A stretch of DNA of 64,000 bases, from NCBI GenBank assembly GCA_965214775.1, contig OZ243974.1, positions 2,144,001 to 2,208,000 of the forward strand, written 5' to 3'. The DNA comes from Nitrosopumilus sp. GTDB taxonomy: Archaea > Thermoproteota > Nitrososphaeria > Nitrososphaerales > Nitrosopumilaceae. Under the pieces are notes generated by a model. That model was given only the letters and a program-made list of their open reading frames with translations. It did no database searches and was not told the DNA's origin. Below are positions 1 through 10,667 of this stretch, one piece after another (positions within the stretch are counted from its first letter, which is position 1; each line of letters begins with the position of its first letter). The position numbers were made by a program, and so were the translations under genes.

Positions 1-48
1 GCCTGCAAGTGCCATTTCTTGTTGCAACCTGTGTTTCTGAGTCCGAGA

Positions 49-981
49 TTATTTTTTGATGATTCTTGCAAATGCCCCCTTTGAAACCTTCAAGTCTTTT
101 GCTTTTGAGGGATTCATGATCTTTGCAAGTATCTCGATTCCTTGTATGGTTCTGATGCTGGGCTTGCTGAAAAATGAGTTTGCATCTACTGCAAAAACTT
201 GGTTGCTTTTTACTGCCTCTAAAGAATTCCATCTTTTGTCATTTTTTAATATTTTTTCATATTCGGTGATTGTATGAACGGTATCAAACCCGCATGGCAT
301 AAGAATGATCAAATCTGGAGAAGCTTTTGCAATCTCTTGAAAATCCATTCTTCTGGAATGCTCTCCTGTCTTGCTGATCATGTTTTGACCCCCTGCAATC
401 TCGATCATTTCGGGAATCCAGTGACCTGCCGTAAAAAATGGATCCATCCATTCGATTGCCACTACTCTTAACCGTGAATCGATCTTGGATGTTTTGACCC
501 TTTCAATCCTGCTCTCCAGCCCTCCTGTGATTTCTGCTGCCCTGTCTTCTAATCCTAGGATTTTTCCTAATTTTGTCACTGACTGAATTATCCCTTTGAC
601 ATTGTGGGGATCCATCGAGTGCAATTCCGGCGTTTTCCCTAAAATTTGAACTGCCCTGCTTGCCTGGCCTCCATGCGCGGCACATGCCTTGCATGTTTCT
701 TGCAAAATAATCAGATCGGGGTTGGCCTCCTTCAAGCTGCCTTCATTAATTTGAAAGATGTCTCTTCCTTCTGAAAGCAGGATCCGAGTTAATCTGTCAA
801 TTTCCTTACTGGACAAACTACCCGAATCAACAACTGAACTAATCACTCGGGGCTTTTCAGCCGCTTCTGTCGGGTATCTGCATTCATGAGTCACTCCAAA
901 CAGTTTGTCGCCAATGCCAAATTCAAATATCAACTCAGTTGCACTGGGAAGAAATGAAACAATCCTGTTTATTGTCGCCAT
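49..981 (-). CDS. Cobalamin/Fe-siderophore ABC transporter substrate-binding protein (BtuF-like)
   Basis: N-terminal RIVSFLPSATE..GVTHEC motif, EWMDPFFTAGHWIPEMIEIAGG, PCGF; start taken at ATG 981. Confidence 0.85.
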   Translation of the reverse strand: MATINRIVSFLPSATELIFEFGIGDKLFGVTHECRYPTEAAEKPRVISSVVDSGSLSSKEIDRLTRILLSEGRDIFQINEGSLKEANPDLIILQETCKACAAHGGQASRAVQILGKTPELHSMDPHNVKGIIQSVTKLGKILGLEDRAAEITGGLESRIERVKTSKIDSRLRVVAIEWMDPFFTAGHWIPEMIEIAGGQNMISKTGEHSRRMDFQEIAKASPDLIILMPCGFDTVHTITEYEKILKNDKRWNSLEAVKSNQVFAVDANSFFSKPSIRTIQGIEILAKIMNPSKAKDLKVSKGAFARIIKK

Positions 982-1079
982 ATGCTGTTTTTCGGGCCAT
1001 TCTTTAAACATCATCCGTTCACCGCTTGCTTGCTTTGCCAACTGGTCACTTTAATAGGCTCAATCTGGGCATGAAAGCC

Positions 1080-2240
1080 ATGCCTTCAGATTCCCAAGAA
1101 ATTCGTCGCTCAATTTTGACAAAATGGCATGAGATTCTTTCAAGGTATGCAAATCTGTACTCTTCGGACTCTGTTAGTGGAACGAGCCCACCCTCGGTTT
1201 TTGTCGGATCTTATGATTATCCCAAGGTGTTTGTGGGCCCGATGGTTCCTCCCATTCATGGTGACACAAGTCTGCTTGACAGCCCTGAAAAATGGAAAGG
1301 CAAATCCTTGGAGGAGATTGTCAATTTTAGACTAAACCTAGTCAGAGGAATCCAAAAAATCCCAATCATGCAGACTGAGGGAAAATACATTGAAAATCTC
1401 CAAGAGTTTTCAATGTCCTCAAAACCAACTGATTCTGAACTGTCATTTGCCAAAGCCGTTTCCTCCCGTGTCTTACTGGATGGCCAAAGTGCCCCCTTTG
1501 GACCGGTTGGAGAACTGACATCTGCAAAATTTTCTTCCACCTTGGCTGTTAAACCAATTGAGAAAGTATTCTATGACAAGGATCTTAAAGCTCAGGATGC
1601 AGTTGTCAGTCTGTATAATTCTGGAATTGATATTTCTAAAATTCAAAAATGCTTTAGCATTGGAATGATGGGCCAAAAAAGAAGGCTCGTTCCAACAAGG
1701 TGGAGCATTACGGCCACTGATGATATCATATCCAAATCTCTTCAAGAGTCCGTTTTGAATTACTCCTTGATTGATTCTTGCAGGGTGTTCTTTTATTCTC
1801 ATCTGGGAAACCATTTTGGCGTTGTTTTGTTTCCTCACAGATGGATATACGAAATGATTGAGGCCTGGTATTCAAACGGGGTTTTGGGATTCGGCTCTGA
1901 CTGTGAGGATGCTAGAGGCATTGATCATCATCCTCCTGCAATTGCCGGTGCCTATTTTGCAGCAAAACTGGGGGTTTTAGAATATCTTGAAAAACACAAT
2001 CTTCAGGCCGGCGCAATCGTTTTAAGAGAAATCAGGCCAGAATACGCCATTCCTGTAGGTGTCTGGCAGGTCAGGGAGGGGGTTCGTGGGGCCATGAACC
2101 AATCTCCAATAATTGCAGAAAACCTTGATTCTGCGCTAGATGTCGCCTCAGACAAACTCAGCATCAGCAAAGACGAGTGGCTGACTCATGGAAATATCTC
2201 CAAACTCTTAAGGCAAAAAACAATGTCTGACTTTTTCTAG
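1080..2240 (+). CDS. nre: Archaeal Nre-family DNA repair protein (PCNA-interacting)
   Basis: GTSPPSVFVG..YPKVFVGP, RRLVPTRWSITATDD, YAIPVGVWQVRE; C-terminal PIP box QKTMSDFF. Confidence 0.9.
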   Translation: MPSDSQEIRRSILTKWHEILSRYANLYSSDSVSGTSPPSVFVGSYDYPKVFVGPMVPPIHGDTSLLDSPEKWKGKSLEEIVNFRLNLVRGIQKIPIMQTEGKYIENLQEFSMSSKPTDSELSFAKAVSSRVLLDGQSAPFGPVGELTSAKFSSTLAVKPIEKVFYDKDLKAQDAVVSLYNSGIDISKIQKCFSIGMMGQKRRLVPTRWSITATDDIISKSLQESVLNYSLIDSCRVFFYSHLGNHFGVVLFPHRWIYEMIEAWYSNGVLGFGSDCEDARGIDHHPPAIAGAYFAAKLGVLEYLEKHNLQAGAIVLREIRPEYAIPVGVWQVREGVRGAMNQSPIIAENLDSALDVASDKLSISKDEWLTHGNISKLLRQKTMSDFF

Positions 2241-2834
2241 CTATTTTGAAAAGAATGAAAAAATGTTTCCCGTCTGTGAATCCGAATACAGGAGAAAATA
2301 TGTCTGGCTTGCAAGATACGTATTGCTAAATCTGTAAATTATTGCATTGATTTCAGACAATGCCTTTCCAATTGTGATCTTGTTGCCCTTGAACTCTTTT
2401 AGGAGTTTGAAAAATTCTTTTTTTTCATTTTGACTAAGGTATTTGGAAAAATATCCAAAAATATGCAGGATTACATTGGAATGGGTTTTTCTTGAAGGTG
2501 ATTTTGTCAGGGCCTTTTTCAGATGAATCTCGTACTCTGAGATGACCTCCTTAATCGTACCCCTCTTGTATTTTGCAACAATATTTCCAAGTATCTTTAG
2601 CTGTTCTTGATCCTTTGACATGATCATGTATTTGTTCATTGCTTGGAAAGAAACCAGATTCTTTACCCTGCCTGATTTTTTCACCTCTTCAAACCGTTCA
2701 AGGACATAACCCGTGATCTCCTTTTCATTTATTCCTGGTGAATCCTCTTTTATGGTATCTTGTTTGTTGCTCACACTTACCATGTTTGAGATCTCTTGCT
2801 TATAAACCGGAAAATCAAATTTTGGACTTGGCAC
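2241..2834 (-). CDS. YbgA/DUF1722-family protein
   Basis: LVSFQAMNKYMIMS, LGNIVA, HSNVILHIFGYFSKYL, YLASQTY motifs. Confidence 0.8.
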   Translation of the reverse strand: MPSPKFDFPVYKQEISNMVSVSNKQDTIKEDSPGINEKEITGYVLERFEEVKKSGRVKNLVSFQAMNKYMIMSKDQEQLKILGNIVAKYKRGTIKEVISEYEIHLKKALTKSPSRKTHSNVILHIFGYFSKYLSQNEKKEFFKLLKEFKGNKITIGKALSEINAIIYRFSNTYLASQTYFLLYSDSQTGNIFSFFSK

Positions 2835-2910
2835 TAGTAGATCCCTCTTTTTTTACCACTAGTTCTAATTTTACCACTAGCTTATATACGATGAACGCAA
2901 AATTGCGTTA

Positions 2911-3816
2911 ATGAAAACCGCATTAACTGCAATTGTGGCAACGATTATTCTGACAGCCTCGGCAGCATCCTATGCTTATGCAGAGATCCCGGGATGGGTG
3001 AAAAATAGCGCAGGCTGGTGGGCAGATGGGGCCATCTCTGAATCTGAATTCCTTGCAGGGATCTCGTTTTTGATAGATGGCGGAATCATTCAGGTTCCTC
3101 AAACAACAACAAACGCATCCCCTGAAACATCTGATGGGCTGGTTCCTGATTGGGTGAAAAATAGCGCAGGCTGGTGGGCAGATGGGGCCATCTCTGATGA
3201 TGAATTTGTAAATGGAATTCAGCATCTGATGTCCCTTGGCATGATATCTGTCTCATATGAGGAATCTCAAGAGACTGCGGAATATCTCCCTGCTGATTCA
3301 AAGTTGGCCGCTCTTAAGGCAGAACTTGAAAAGTGCTCTGAGATCACCAAAGCATACAAACGAATTGACTGCGAAAAACCAGTCAAGCATGCAATAACTG
3401 TTCATCAATACAAGCAGGATTCTGAAAAGTTTGTTGTAGGGCCAATCACCTACTATTGGAAGGGAATCGGCTCTGAAGGAAACGAGTTTGAAGTCACTCC
3501 CAACGGTCAGCCAATCCTGTCAATTCGAATGCTAGCTGAGAATACAAGCCCTGATATTGCTGCCCTAAATTGTACGAGTCCTTCAATCTGCAGCTATGAC
3601 GTTTGGGATGGCTCAAAATCCTTCAAATATTCTGGCATGGACTTTACAAGCGGCCAGATAGTTCTAAACCCGGGCGACTCACGAGAGTTCAACATTCTCT
3701 TTGGTCCCAACATAGGATATGGCGGAACTCAGTTTGAATATGATTCCTCAAAGTCATACGTCTTTAGAATCAACGAGCAATTCGGAAGCGCCAACGTCCC
3801 GCTCTCATTGGAGTGA
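2911..3816 (+). CDS. Secreted protein with two thaumarchaeal 'IPxWVKNxAGWWADGxI' repeats
   Basis: Signal peptide; repeat present twice, with a 47-bp identical DNA stretch at about 2995 and 3151. Confidence 0.8.
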   Translation: MKTALTAIVATIILTASAASYAYAEIPGWVKNSAGWWADGAISESEFLAGISFLIDGGIIQVPQTTTNASPETSDGLVPDWVKNSAGWWADGAISDDEFVNGIQHLMSLGMISVSYEESQETAEYLPADSKLAALKAELEKCSEITKAYKRIDCEKPVKHAITVHQYKQDSEKFVVGPITYYWKGIGSEGNEFEVTPNGQPILSIRMLAENTSPDIAALNCTSPSICSYDVWDGSKSFKYSGMDFTSGQIVLNPGDSREFNILFGPNIGYGGTQFEYDSSKSYVFRINEQFGSANVPLSLE

Positions 3817-4249
3817 TCCTTCTACTCCTTCTCCTTTTCTTGTTTTTGATCCATCTGATTTCTTCAGATGATGGCGCATAAATCCTGACAGATGATCCAA
3901 AATCGGAAGCTGCAAATCAATGTCAGGGTTTTTGTATCCCTGCCAAGCAGCTTTGCATGCGGACAACTTGTCATTTGCAGGCATTTTTTCAACCTGCTTG
4001 ATGCAAGTGAACCTGCATACATACTCCGAATCTGCTACTTTTGAGTCAGCTCTCTGGGCCTAATGCGGCACGTCTGATCCACGAATAGAATTTTGAGCTG
4101 CCGTTTATTGCGCGGAAATTTTTTTCGTTCTGACTGCCACAACAAAAAGTTATTTTCAAATCATTTTAAATCCCACATTGATTGTCCGTACTGATTCGGT
4201 GGTAATAATTTAGAAACCATATTATATAATTGAAAAACGATCTGATTTT

Positions 4250-4687
4250 GTGGAAAATACATTCGTGAATCAAATCATGAACAAGGATGTCATAAGCAAG
4301 GAAGGCTCTTCCACAATTCAGGAGGCAGCCGAGGCAATGAAAAAATCAGGCATAGGCTGTGTCATTGTTACAAAAAAACAGTCACCTGCAGGAATAATCA
4401 CGGAAAGAGACTTTGTAACTAGGGTCGCAGCTGAGGGAAGGCCGCTATTTACGGAAATTTCAGAAATAATGTCTTCCCCTTTGATTACGGTTAATCATGA
4501 GGAAACAGTATGGGAGGCATCAGAAGTGATGAAAGGAAGAAAAATCCACAAGTTGCCCGTTGAAGATGCAGGCAAAATTGTAGGAATCATCACGACATCA
4601 GACATTGTGAAAATTTCCAGCGTAGGGTCGGATTCAGAGATGAGAAGAATCTGTGATCAGATTCTGATGAGAATGAAAAATGAATAG
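4250..4687 (+). CDS. CBS-pair domain protein
   Basis: GIITERDFV and GIITTSDIV CBS motifs. Confidence 0.9.
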   Translation: MENTFVNQIMNKDVISKEGSSTIQEAAEAMKKSGIGCVIVTKKQSPAGIITERDFVTRVAAEGRPLFTEISEIMSSPLITVNHEETVWEASEVMKGRKIHKLPVEDAGKIVGIITTSDIVKISSVGSDSEMRRICDQILMRMKNE

Positions 4688-4735
4688 ACGGCATGACATT
4701 CACTTAAATTATTGAACAGCCATGAATGAAACATC

Positions 4736-5749
4736 ATGATGGCAACAGCGGCAGATGCGGGGGAAGCAGTCCTTGAAACAAGGGATGACGGCCCGAAAAT
4801 GCCAGACAAGAAGAAGACAAAATTTGACGTAGTAATTATTGGGGCAGGCCCATCAGGATACACTGCTGGAATTTATTGTTCTAGAGCAGGATATGACACC
4901 TTGATCTTATCCGGAATCCTGCCTGGGGGACAACTGGTCAACACCACGGAGGTTGAAAACTATCCGGGCTTTGAGCGTGGAATCATGGGTCCGGACTTGA
5001 TGATTGATATGAGAAAACAATGCCAAAGAATGGGCACGACAATTGTGGATGATGAAGCCGTAGACGTTGATTTTAGAAGAAGGCCGCTCAAGGTTCTGAC
5101 GGCATCCGAAGAATATGAGGGCAAGGCAGTCATTATTGCAACCGGTGCAAATCCACGAAAATTAGGGTTGGAAGGCGAGCAGACATTTGGGGGAAAAGGG
5201 GTGTCCTACTGCGCAACATGTGACGGTCCGTTCTTTAGGAACCAGGAATTGGTTGTAGTTGGGGGAGGGGATTCGGCCATTGAAGAAGCAACATTTCTTA
5301 CCAAGTTTGCAACCACAGTCCACCTAATTCACAGAAGAAACGAACTCCGTGCAAGCAAAGTCATGCAAGAGCGGGCACTAGGCAATCCAAAAATAAAATT
5401 CCATTGGGATTCGGTCGTAATTGACATTAAGGGTGATCAAAAGATGCGGCAAGCCGTTTTGAGAAATCTAAAGACAAACGAAGAATCAACCTTGGATGCA
5501 GGCGGACTGTTTGTGGCAATCGGACACGAGCCAAATACAAAATTATTCAAAAATCAAATCAGTCTGGATGATGAAGGATATGTGATACTGAAAGATAAAG
5601 CACAGACCAGTGTTCAAGGAGTTTTTGCTGCAGGCGATGTTCATGACAGAAGTTACAGGCAGGCAGTTACTGCAGCAGGATACGGCTGCATGGCTGCAAT
5701 GGACGTTGATAAATATCTGACAGAAAGTAAAGACAGGCAAGAAGGATGA
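4736..5749 (+). CDS. trxB: Thioredoxin-disulfide reductase
   Basis: GAGPSG, VENYPGF, CATCDG active site, GGGDSAIEEA, FAAGDV. Confidence 0.97.
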   Translation: MMATAADAGEAVLETRDDGPKMPDKKKTKFDVVIIGAGPSGYTAGIYCSRAGYDTLILSGILPGGQLVNTTEVENYPGFERGIMGPDLMIDMRKQCQRMGTTIVDDEAVDVDFRRRPLKVLTASEEYEGKAVIIATGANPRKLGLEGEQTFGGKGVSYCATCDGPFFRNQELVVVGGGDSAIEEATFLTKFATTVHLIHRRNELRASKVMQERALGNPKIKFHWDSVVIDIKGDQKMRQAVLRNLKTNEESTLDAGGLFVAIGHEPNTKLFKNQISLDDEGYVILKDKAQTSVQGVFAAGDVHDRSYRQAVTAAGYGCMAAMDVDKYLTESKDRQEG

Positions 5750-5761
5750 AAAACACGCAAT

Positions 5762-5841
5762 AGACTTTATGCATAATCGAACTGAATGAGATGAATTTGT
5801 TCGTAATAATCCTGGATCTGAACCGATTACGCATAAAGTCT
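5762..5841. mobile_element. 80-bp MITE (family A; IS5/ISL2-type ends)
   Basis: TIRs AGACTTTATGCATAATCG / CGATTACGCATAAAGTCT, 3-bp TSD AAT; ends match the IS at 32003-33744. Confidence 0.85.
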
Positions 5842-6074
5842 AATGCAGAAAATGTCTGGACAATTCCGGGAAAAAGACGCTTGGACGATTCGGCAACTTC
5901 AACGCCGAAAAGAACCAGTCTGTGATTGGTCTGCAGGCTGTCTTAAAAAAATTACATATTGTCAAACGGATTTCCTTTGTGAAAACCATCAAAGAACATG
6001 CTGATGAATCAAAGACGGTATGGGAAAACAACCAGACATCCAAACTCTTTATTCTAGCATGCCATAAAGAATTC

Positions 6075-6551
6075 ATGGGCGATGATTCTGATGACCTAAA
6101 GAAATCAGCTAGAGAAAAAAGCGACAAATTGGCAAGATTGGGCACGGAATTGGGAGAAATTCGATTCAGCTATAGAATCAAAGAAAAACCAACTCAAGAA
6201 TACTGGAAAAAAAGAATCAAAGACTTCAAAAAATACAGCGACAAGGGTCTTGAATATTATAACCACGTCTATTCCCTGATGAAAACAGTCGACAAAGAAG
6301 AGGCACAACTGTTTCTTTTAAGAGTAGGTAAATTCAGACAGATGGGTTTGGAGCTAATCAAGATAATGGAGAAAATAAGAGAAAACCCGACAATCATGGA
6401 CAAAAAGGACAGGCAGCAGAGCCAGTGGAGCAAGGAAATCAAGGCCAACATTACAGAACACAGCAACAAATGTCTGCGTCATGAAATGGACATGAACGCC
6501 TCGTTTAGGGAGTTTTATGAGAAAAACCTAAAGAAGGGTGTTTTGGGGTAA
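6075..6551 (+). CDS. Conserved hypothetical helical protein
   Basis: Backbone-like codon usage; likely start ATG 6075. Confidence 0.65.
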   Translation: MGDDSDDLKKSAREKSDKLARLGTELGEIRFSYRIKEKPTQEYWKKRIKDFKKYSDKGLEYYNHVYSLMKTVDKEEAQLFLLRVGKFRQMGLELIKIMEKIRENPTIMDKKDRQQSQWSKEIKANITEHSNKCLRHEMDMNASFREFYEKNLKKGVLG

Positions 6552-7550
6552 TTACAAAGAATATGCCAGTTCAGACATGTGCTTTGCCGAATTTGCCGCC
6601 GCGTTAAACTCATCCTCGGTCATTACGTTTTGTTGGGCATATACACTTTTGAACTTTCTTCCGTCATCGGCAAAGATTCCGACAGCACATGCGTCATCTC
6701 CAACGGGATATTTTTTCATGCATGCATACACTGCAGCTGAAGAAGGACTGATGAGCAACTGATCTTTTTCAAACACCTCTTTGACTACTCCAAAGGATTC
6801 CTTGTTGTCTGCAGAAACCCAATCATCAACAACATTCTCGCGCCTTAAAAACAAGTCGGGTTTTGCGGATTCTTCGAAATTCCTCCATCCCTGAATCAGA
6901 TGATTCTGTTGTGGCTGGCATCCGATAATTTTTACGTCTGGATTCTTCTCTTTTAGATAGGTTCCGATCCCCGTAATGGTCCCTCCGGTACCCACTCCGG
7001 TAAAGAAGTGGGTTACCCTTCCTTCTGTCTGCTTCCAAATTTCAGGTCCCGTTCCGGCATAATGTCCCTTGAAATTGGCCTCGTTTGCATACTGATTTGG
7101 AGAATAATATGTGTCAGGACGGGACGATGCAATGGATGTGGCCAATGCAATGCTTTGATCCGTTCCTGCGCCAACCTTTGGACAAAGATCATCGCTGGTT
7201 TCAAAAATTTTTGCCCCGAGACCTCTTATGATGTCTTTGGTTTCATTGCTTGCCTTTTCGGGAATTACGACTTCCACCTTGTATCCCAGCAAATTTGCAA
7301 TTCCAGTCAGAGCAATTCCGGTATTTCCCGACGTTGGCTCAATTATGATGCTTTTTCCCTTGGTGAGAATTTCCCGTTCCTCGCCATCCTTGATCATCCA
7401 AAACGCGGCTCTGTCTTTTACCGAGCCAAATGGATTGTGTCCCTCAAGTTTTGCATGAAATTCAACACTGTCGTGAGACAAGGAATCCAGTCTTATCATG
7501 GGAGTGTTGCCGACTCGATTAAGCAATTCGGTGTCAGTAACAGTTGCCAT
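6552..7550 (-). CDS. PLP-dependent cysteine synthase family protein (CysK/CysM)
   Basis: VGNTPM, NPFGSVKDR (PLP lysine), EPTSGNTGIAL, GVGTGGT. Confidence 0.92.
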   Translation of the reverse strand: MATVTDTELLNRVGNTPMIRLDSLSHDSVEFHAKLEGHNPFGSVKDRAAFWMIKDGEEREILTKGKSIIIEPTSGNTGIALTGIANLLGYKVEVVIPEKASNETKDIIRGLGAKIFETSDDLCPKVGAGTDQSIALATSIASSRPDTYYSPNQYANEANFKGHYAGTGPEIWKQTEGRVTHFFTGVGTGGTITGIGTYLKEKNPDVKIIGCQPQQNHLIQGWRNFEESAKPDLFLRRENVVDDWVSADNKESFGVVKEVFEKDQLLISPSSAAVYACMKKYPVGDDACAVGIFADDGRKFKSVYAQQNVMTEDEFNAAANSAKHMSELAYSL

Positions 7551-7558
7551 GATGTTGG

Positions 7559-7792
7559 TTATTTCACCTTTTTAATTTTAAAAGTAATTCTCTTGCCATC
7601 TTTTGACATGTCCAGCAGTTCATGGCCGTTTCTTGAAACCCATCTGGAGATGTCGTCTTCGGCTTCAGGATCATCAGCAGAGACAGTAATGGTTTCCCCG
7701 GCCTGCATTCTCTCAATTTCAATTTTTGTTCTGAATACCGGCTCAGGACAAAACAAGCCAGTTGCATCTAACTTTTTATCAGACTCGGACAT
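7559..7792 (-). CDS. SirA/TusA-family sulfur carrier
   Basis: LDATGLFCPEPV, ADDP motifs. Confidence 0.92.
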   Translation of the reverse strand: MSESDKKLDATGLFCPEPVFRTKIEIERMQAGETITVSADDPEAEDDISRWVSRNGHELLDMSKDGKRITFKIKKVK

Positions 7793-7859
7793 TGTTCGTA
7801 CAGTTCACCAAAGACGTTTTGTCATATTAAAAGCTACTTCGAAATTTCCACAAAACAAG

Positions 7860-8774
7860 TCAGATTGCCATCCTGAATATGGTGCCCAGATCCCGGTCAT
7901 TCATGAAACCGGGATCGTATGCCTTGTAATTGATTTTATGGGAAATGCGTTTTATCATGTATATTGCAATCTTGTAAAACAACGACCACAAATGGCTGTC
8001 AGGATTAGAATTATAGATTGACAAAAGCAAATTCAGCAACCATTTTGCGTTGGGATAATGCTCTGCAATATAGTCAAGCAAATACTCCTTGGAATTGCTT
8101 ATTTTGTAACGCAAGTGATCAAGCGTTTCGTTTTGCAAAGTGTATCCGGTCTGACTGATCTGGATATCTCCGTGTTTCATTGCATGGAGCACGTCATCAA
8201 GACTGTTCTCAGAATCCACGACATTGACGCACCTGCCAAGAGTAGACAAAACATGAGAGTCGCTTCCTGCAACCTGGGTCATGTTGTTGTCTAGTGCAAA
8301 TTGGGTGGCACGGGCATTGGAAATTACATCCACGTTATTGCTGTTGAACACCTCGACCATGTCACATTTTTTGGCATTATCACGCAGGGCGTCAATCAAA
8401 CTAAACGGGTGAGGGGCAGAGGAGACGCCCCCTTGTTTTCTGACTTCGTCAATTGCTTCTTCAAGGGATATGCCTGCCGGAATTTCCCGGCGAATTCCAT
8501 ACGCTAGAACATGCGCACCAGTATCGGTGGTGACCTCCTCGGCAGGAAAAACATCGATGTTTTTGAATTTTTCGTGGCTGTTTTTGTATTCTAAGAGTTG
8601 GCGGTAGCCATCAAGGGTATTGTGATTTGTGACAAAAACCGCATCTAATCCTAAAATCCTTGCACGTTCCAGCTGGTCACGTATGGAAACATCGCAGTCA
8701 TATGCAGGTTCATCGCGGCCCAGATGAAAATTCGAAAACGAGTTGTGGCAATGCAGTTCGGCTCTGATTGGCAT
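7860..8774 (-). CDS. PHP-domain metallophosphoesterase
   Basis: ELHCH, VTNHN, PAEEV, APHPF, GSDSH. Confidence 0.9.
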   Translation of the reverse strand: MPIRAELHCHNSFSNFHLGRDEPAYDCDVSIRDQLERARILGLDAVFVTNHNTLDGYRQLLEYKNSHEKFKNIDVFPAEEVTTDTGAHVLAYGIRREIPAGISLEEAIDEVRKQGGVSSAPHPFSLIDALRDNAKKCDMVEVFNSNNVDVISNARATQFALDNNMTQVAGSDSHVLSTLGRCVNVVDSENSLDDVLHAMKHGDIQISQTGYTLQNETLDHLRYKISNSKEYLLDYIAEHYPNAKWLLNLLLSIYNSNPDSHLWSLFYKIAIYMIKRISHKINYKAYDPGFMNDRDLGTIFRMAI

Positions 8775-8821
8775 TGAAAAGAAAATTTCATCTATTGATT
8801 ATAATCCTATGCAATAAGGGA

Positions 8822-9553
8822 TCACCTGAAAAGATCCTCGTTTTGAGGACGGATGATTCCTTTGATCCCGCACTCTTCAAAATTAAAGGAATATCCGCGA
8901 ATGATCACAAACGGGCATCTTGAGGTTTTTTTCATCACCAATTCTGCAGCAGCGCACAGCTCATCACAAACGGCAATCTCAGTTACTCGGAGAATCCTTT
9001 GAAAGGAATCCAAAGTTCCCTCATAATCAAGAATGGGAGCCATTCCGGAAATTCCGATTGCAGAATCTGTCTGACCCATCCTAAAAGGCCTGCCAAACGT
9101 GTCAGAAACCAGAACTGCGATATTCTTCTGAGATGACTCCCTGATGGATTTTCGCATATTGTGTGCAGACGCATCTGAGTCGATCGGAAGCAAAGTCGCA
9201 TAGCCCTCTTTCACATTGCTTTCATCCACTCCTGCATTGGCACAAACAAAACCGTGATTGGTTTCAACGATGATGATTCCCTTGCTCATCCGAACGATTC
9301 TTTTTGTTTCTGACAAGATCAGCTCGACAATTCTGGGATCCTTTTTGTACTGGGAGGCAATTCCTTCGGCCAGCAATGAAGGGGTGACTGAAGACAAAAC
9401 GATGCTTCGCCCCTCGTTTTTTGAGATTATTTTTTGGGCTGCCACAACAACGTCCCCTTCTTCAAGTGTCGTGGCCCCTAAAAGCAGATCAGGCAAATTA
9501 TCTGTCTGGTCTATCTCTTTTTCAATGTGAACGGGAATGACTTGCAATAACAA
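8822..9553 (-). CDS. cofE: Coenzyme F420-0:L-glutamate ligase
   Basis: KIISKNEGR, CANAGVDESN, SDTFGRPFRMG, DELCAAAELVM. Confidence 0.95.
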   Translation of the reverse strand: MLLQVIPVHIEKEIDQTDNLPDLLLGATTLEEGDVVVAAQKIISKNEGRSIVLSSVTPSLLAEGIASQYKKDPRIVELILSETKRIVRMSKGIIIVETNHGFVCANAGVDESNVKEGYATLLPIDSDASAHNMRKSIRESSQKNIAVLVSDTFGRPFRMGQTDSAIGISGMAPILDYEGTLDSFQRILRVTEIAVCDELCAAAELVMKKTSRCPFVIIRGYSFNFEECGIKGIIRPQNEDLFR

Positions 9554-9580
9554 GCATGGGACAGATGCTCTAAAAATTGT

Positions 9581-10249
9581 TTATGCGGGAGTCGTGGTCT
9601 CCAATTCCAATTTGTAATGCTTGTTGATGATATCCAGTATCTTTGAGAGGTCCTTTTCTTCTAGTGTGGTGGTTGCCAAATCCTTAACCAGGTCTTGTGC
9701 CCTATAGGCGATACTCAATCCGCAAATATCGAACAGCTTTACATCATTTGCCCCGTCTACAACGCAAACAATGTCCTCTTTTCGTTCTTCCCATTCTGCA
9801 ATTTTGATTTTTGCGGATTTTGACTTGTCAGAGTCCACATTGATTTTAACACCGTCTAATTTTCCGTCTTTGAACAACAATTCATTGCAATATACATGGT
9901 CCAGGCCTAGTTCTTTTTGCAACCTTTCCATCATCAAAGTGAATCCGCCTGAAACGGCCATCAGTTTCCATCCGGCGGCCTTTAGAACCCGGCATGCCTC
10001 TTTGGCACCCGTCATAATCGGCAGGGCATCGGAGACTTCTTGGCATGTTTTTTCATCCAGTCCCTTTAATGCAGCAATTCTGGTTTGCAATCCTTCCTTC
10101 CAGTCTATTTTGCCTTGGATTCCTTGTTTTGTAATCTCCCAGATCCTGTCCTGTTTGTCGAGTTTTTCAGCAAGAATGGGAAGGTATTCTTCGTCGTACA
10201 AAACACCCTCGACATCAAAAATTACAAGCAACTGATTCCTGATTTGCAA
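9581..10249 (-). CDS. serB: Phosphoserine phosphatase SerB-like (HAD)
   Basis: FDVEG, VSGGF, DGANDV. Confidence 0.85.
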   Translation of the reverse strand: MQIRNQLLVIFDVEGVLYDEEYLPILAEKLDKQDRIWEITKQGIQGKIDWKEGLQTRIAALKGLDEKTCQEVSDALPIMTGAKEACRVLKAAGWKLMAVSGGFTLMMERLQKELGLDHVYCNELLFKDGKLDGVKINVDSDKSKSAKIKIAEWEERKEDIVCVVDGANDVKLFDICGLSIAYRAQDLVKDLATTTLEEKDLSKILDIINKHYKLELETTTPA

Positions 10250-10334
10250 GAAAATTGCTAATTATATTAAAGTTTAAACTTTTTTGGGATCGAAAAAACG
10301 TTAGTAATAAATCCCCGAATATTGGAAAAAAAAT

Positions 10335-10619
10335 ATGGAACAACTTGAATACAAATACGAAGTAGAAATCAAGGCAAGAGAAGGGAGGCAGAAACTACCC
10401 CAAGAAATCAAAGATGAACTAAAAGCATCAGGAATGATGGATGAGAAAGGAAAACTAAAGCTCAAAGGAGTCAGTCCAAAAATGCTCAGAAAAATGAAGC
10501 AGGAATACGTTGAATGTCCAGTACTCAAAGCGGACACTCATTTCATCCAGTGTTTTGTGTGTCCTAATTTTCAAAGCAGGGTTACCGGAAAGGTACTTTG
10601 CAAAGGCGACAAGCTTTAG
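10335..10619 (+). CDS. Small hypothetical protein, probable Zn-binding
   Basis: VECP...CFVCPNF...VLC cysteine pattern. Confidence 0.7.
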   Translation: MEQLEYKYEVEIKAREGRQKLPQEIKDELKASGMMDEKGKLKLKGVSPKMLRKMKQEYVECPVLKADTHFIQCFVCPNFQSRVTGKVLCKGDKL

Positions 10620-10667
10620 GGCAATCCACGAAAGGCTCATTAGTCAACTATTTCTTGAAATGCTAGT

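Noticed and set aside
2851-2880. TTTTACCACTAG direct repeat between divergent genes
   Set aside because: Could be an operator, but two short copies are insufficient evidence
7008-8021. 337-aa + strand ORF
   Set aside because: Antisense to three well-supported genes; no motifs
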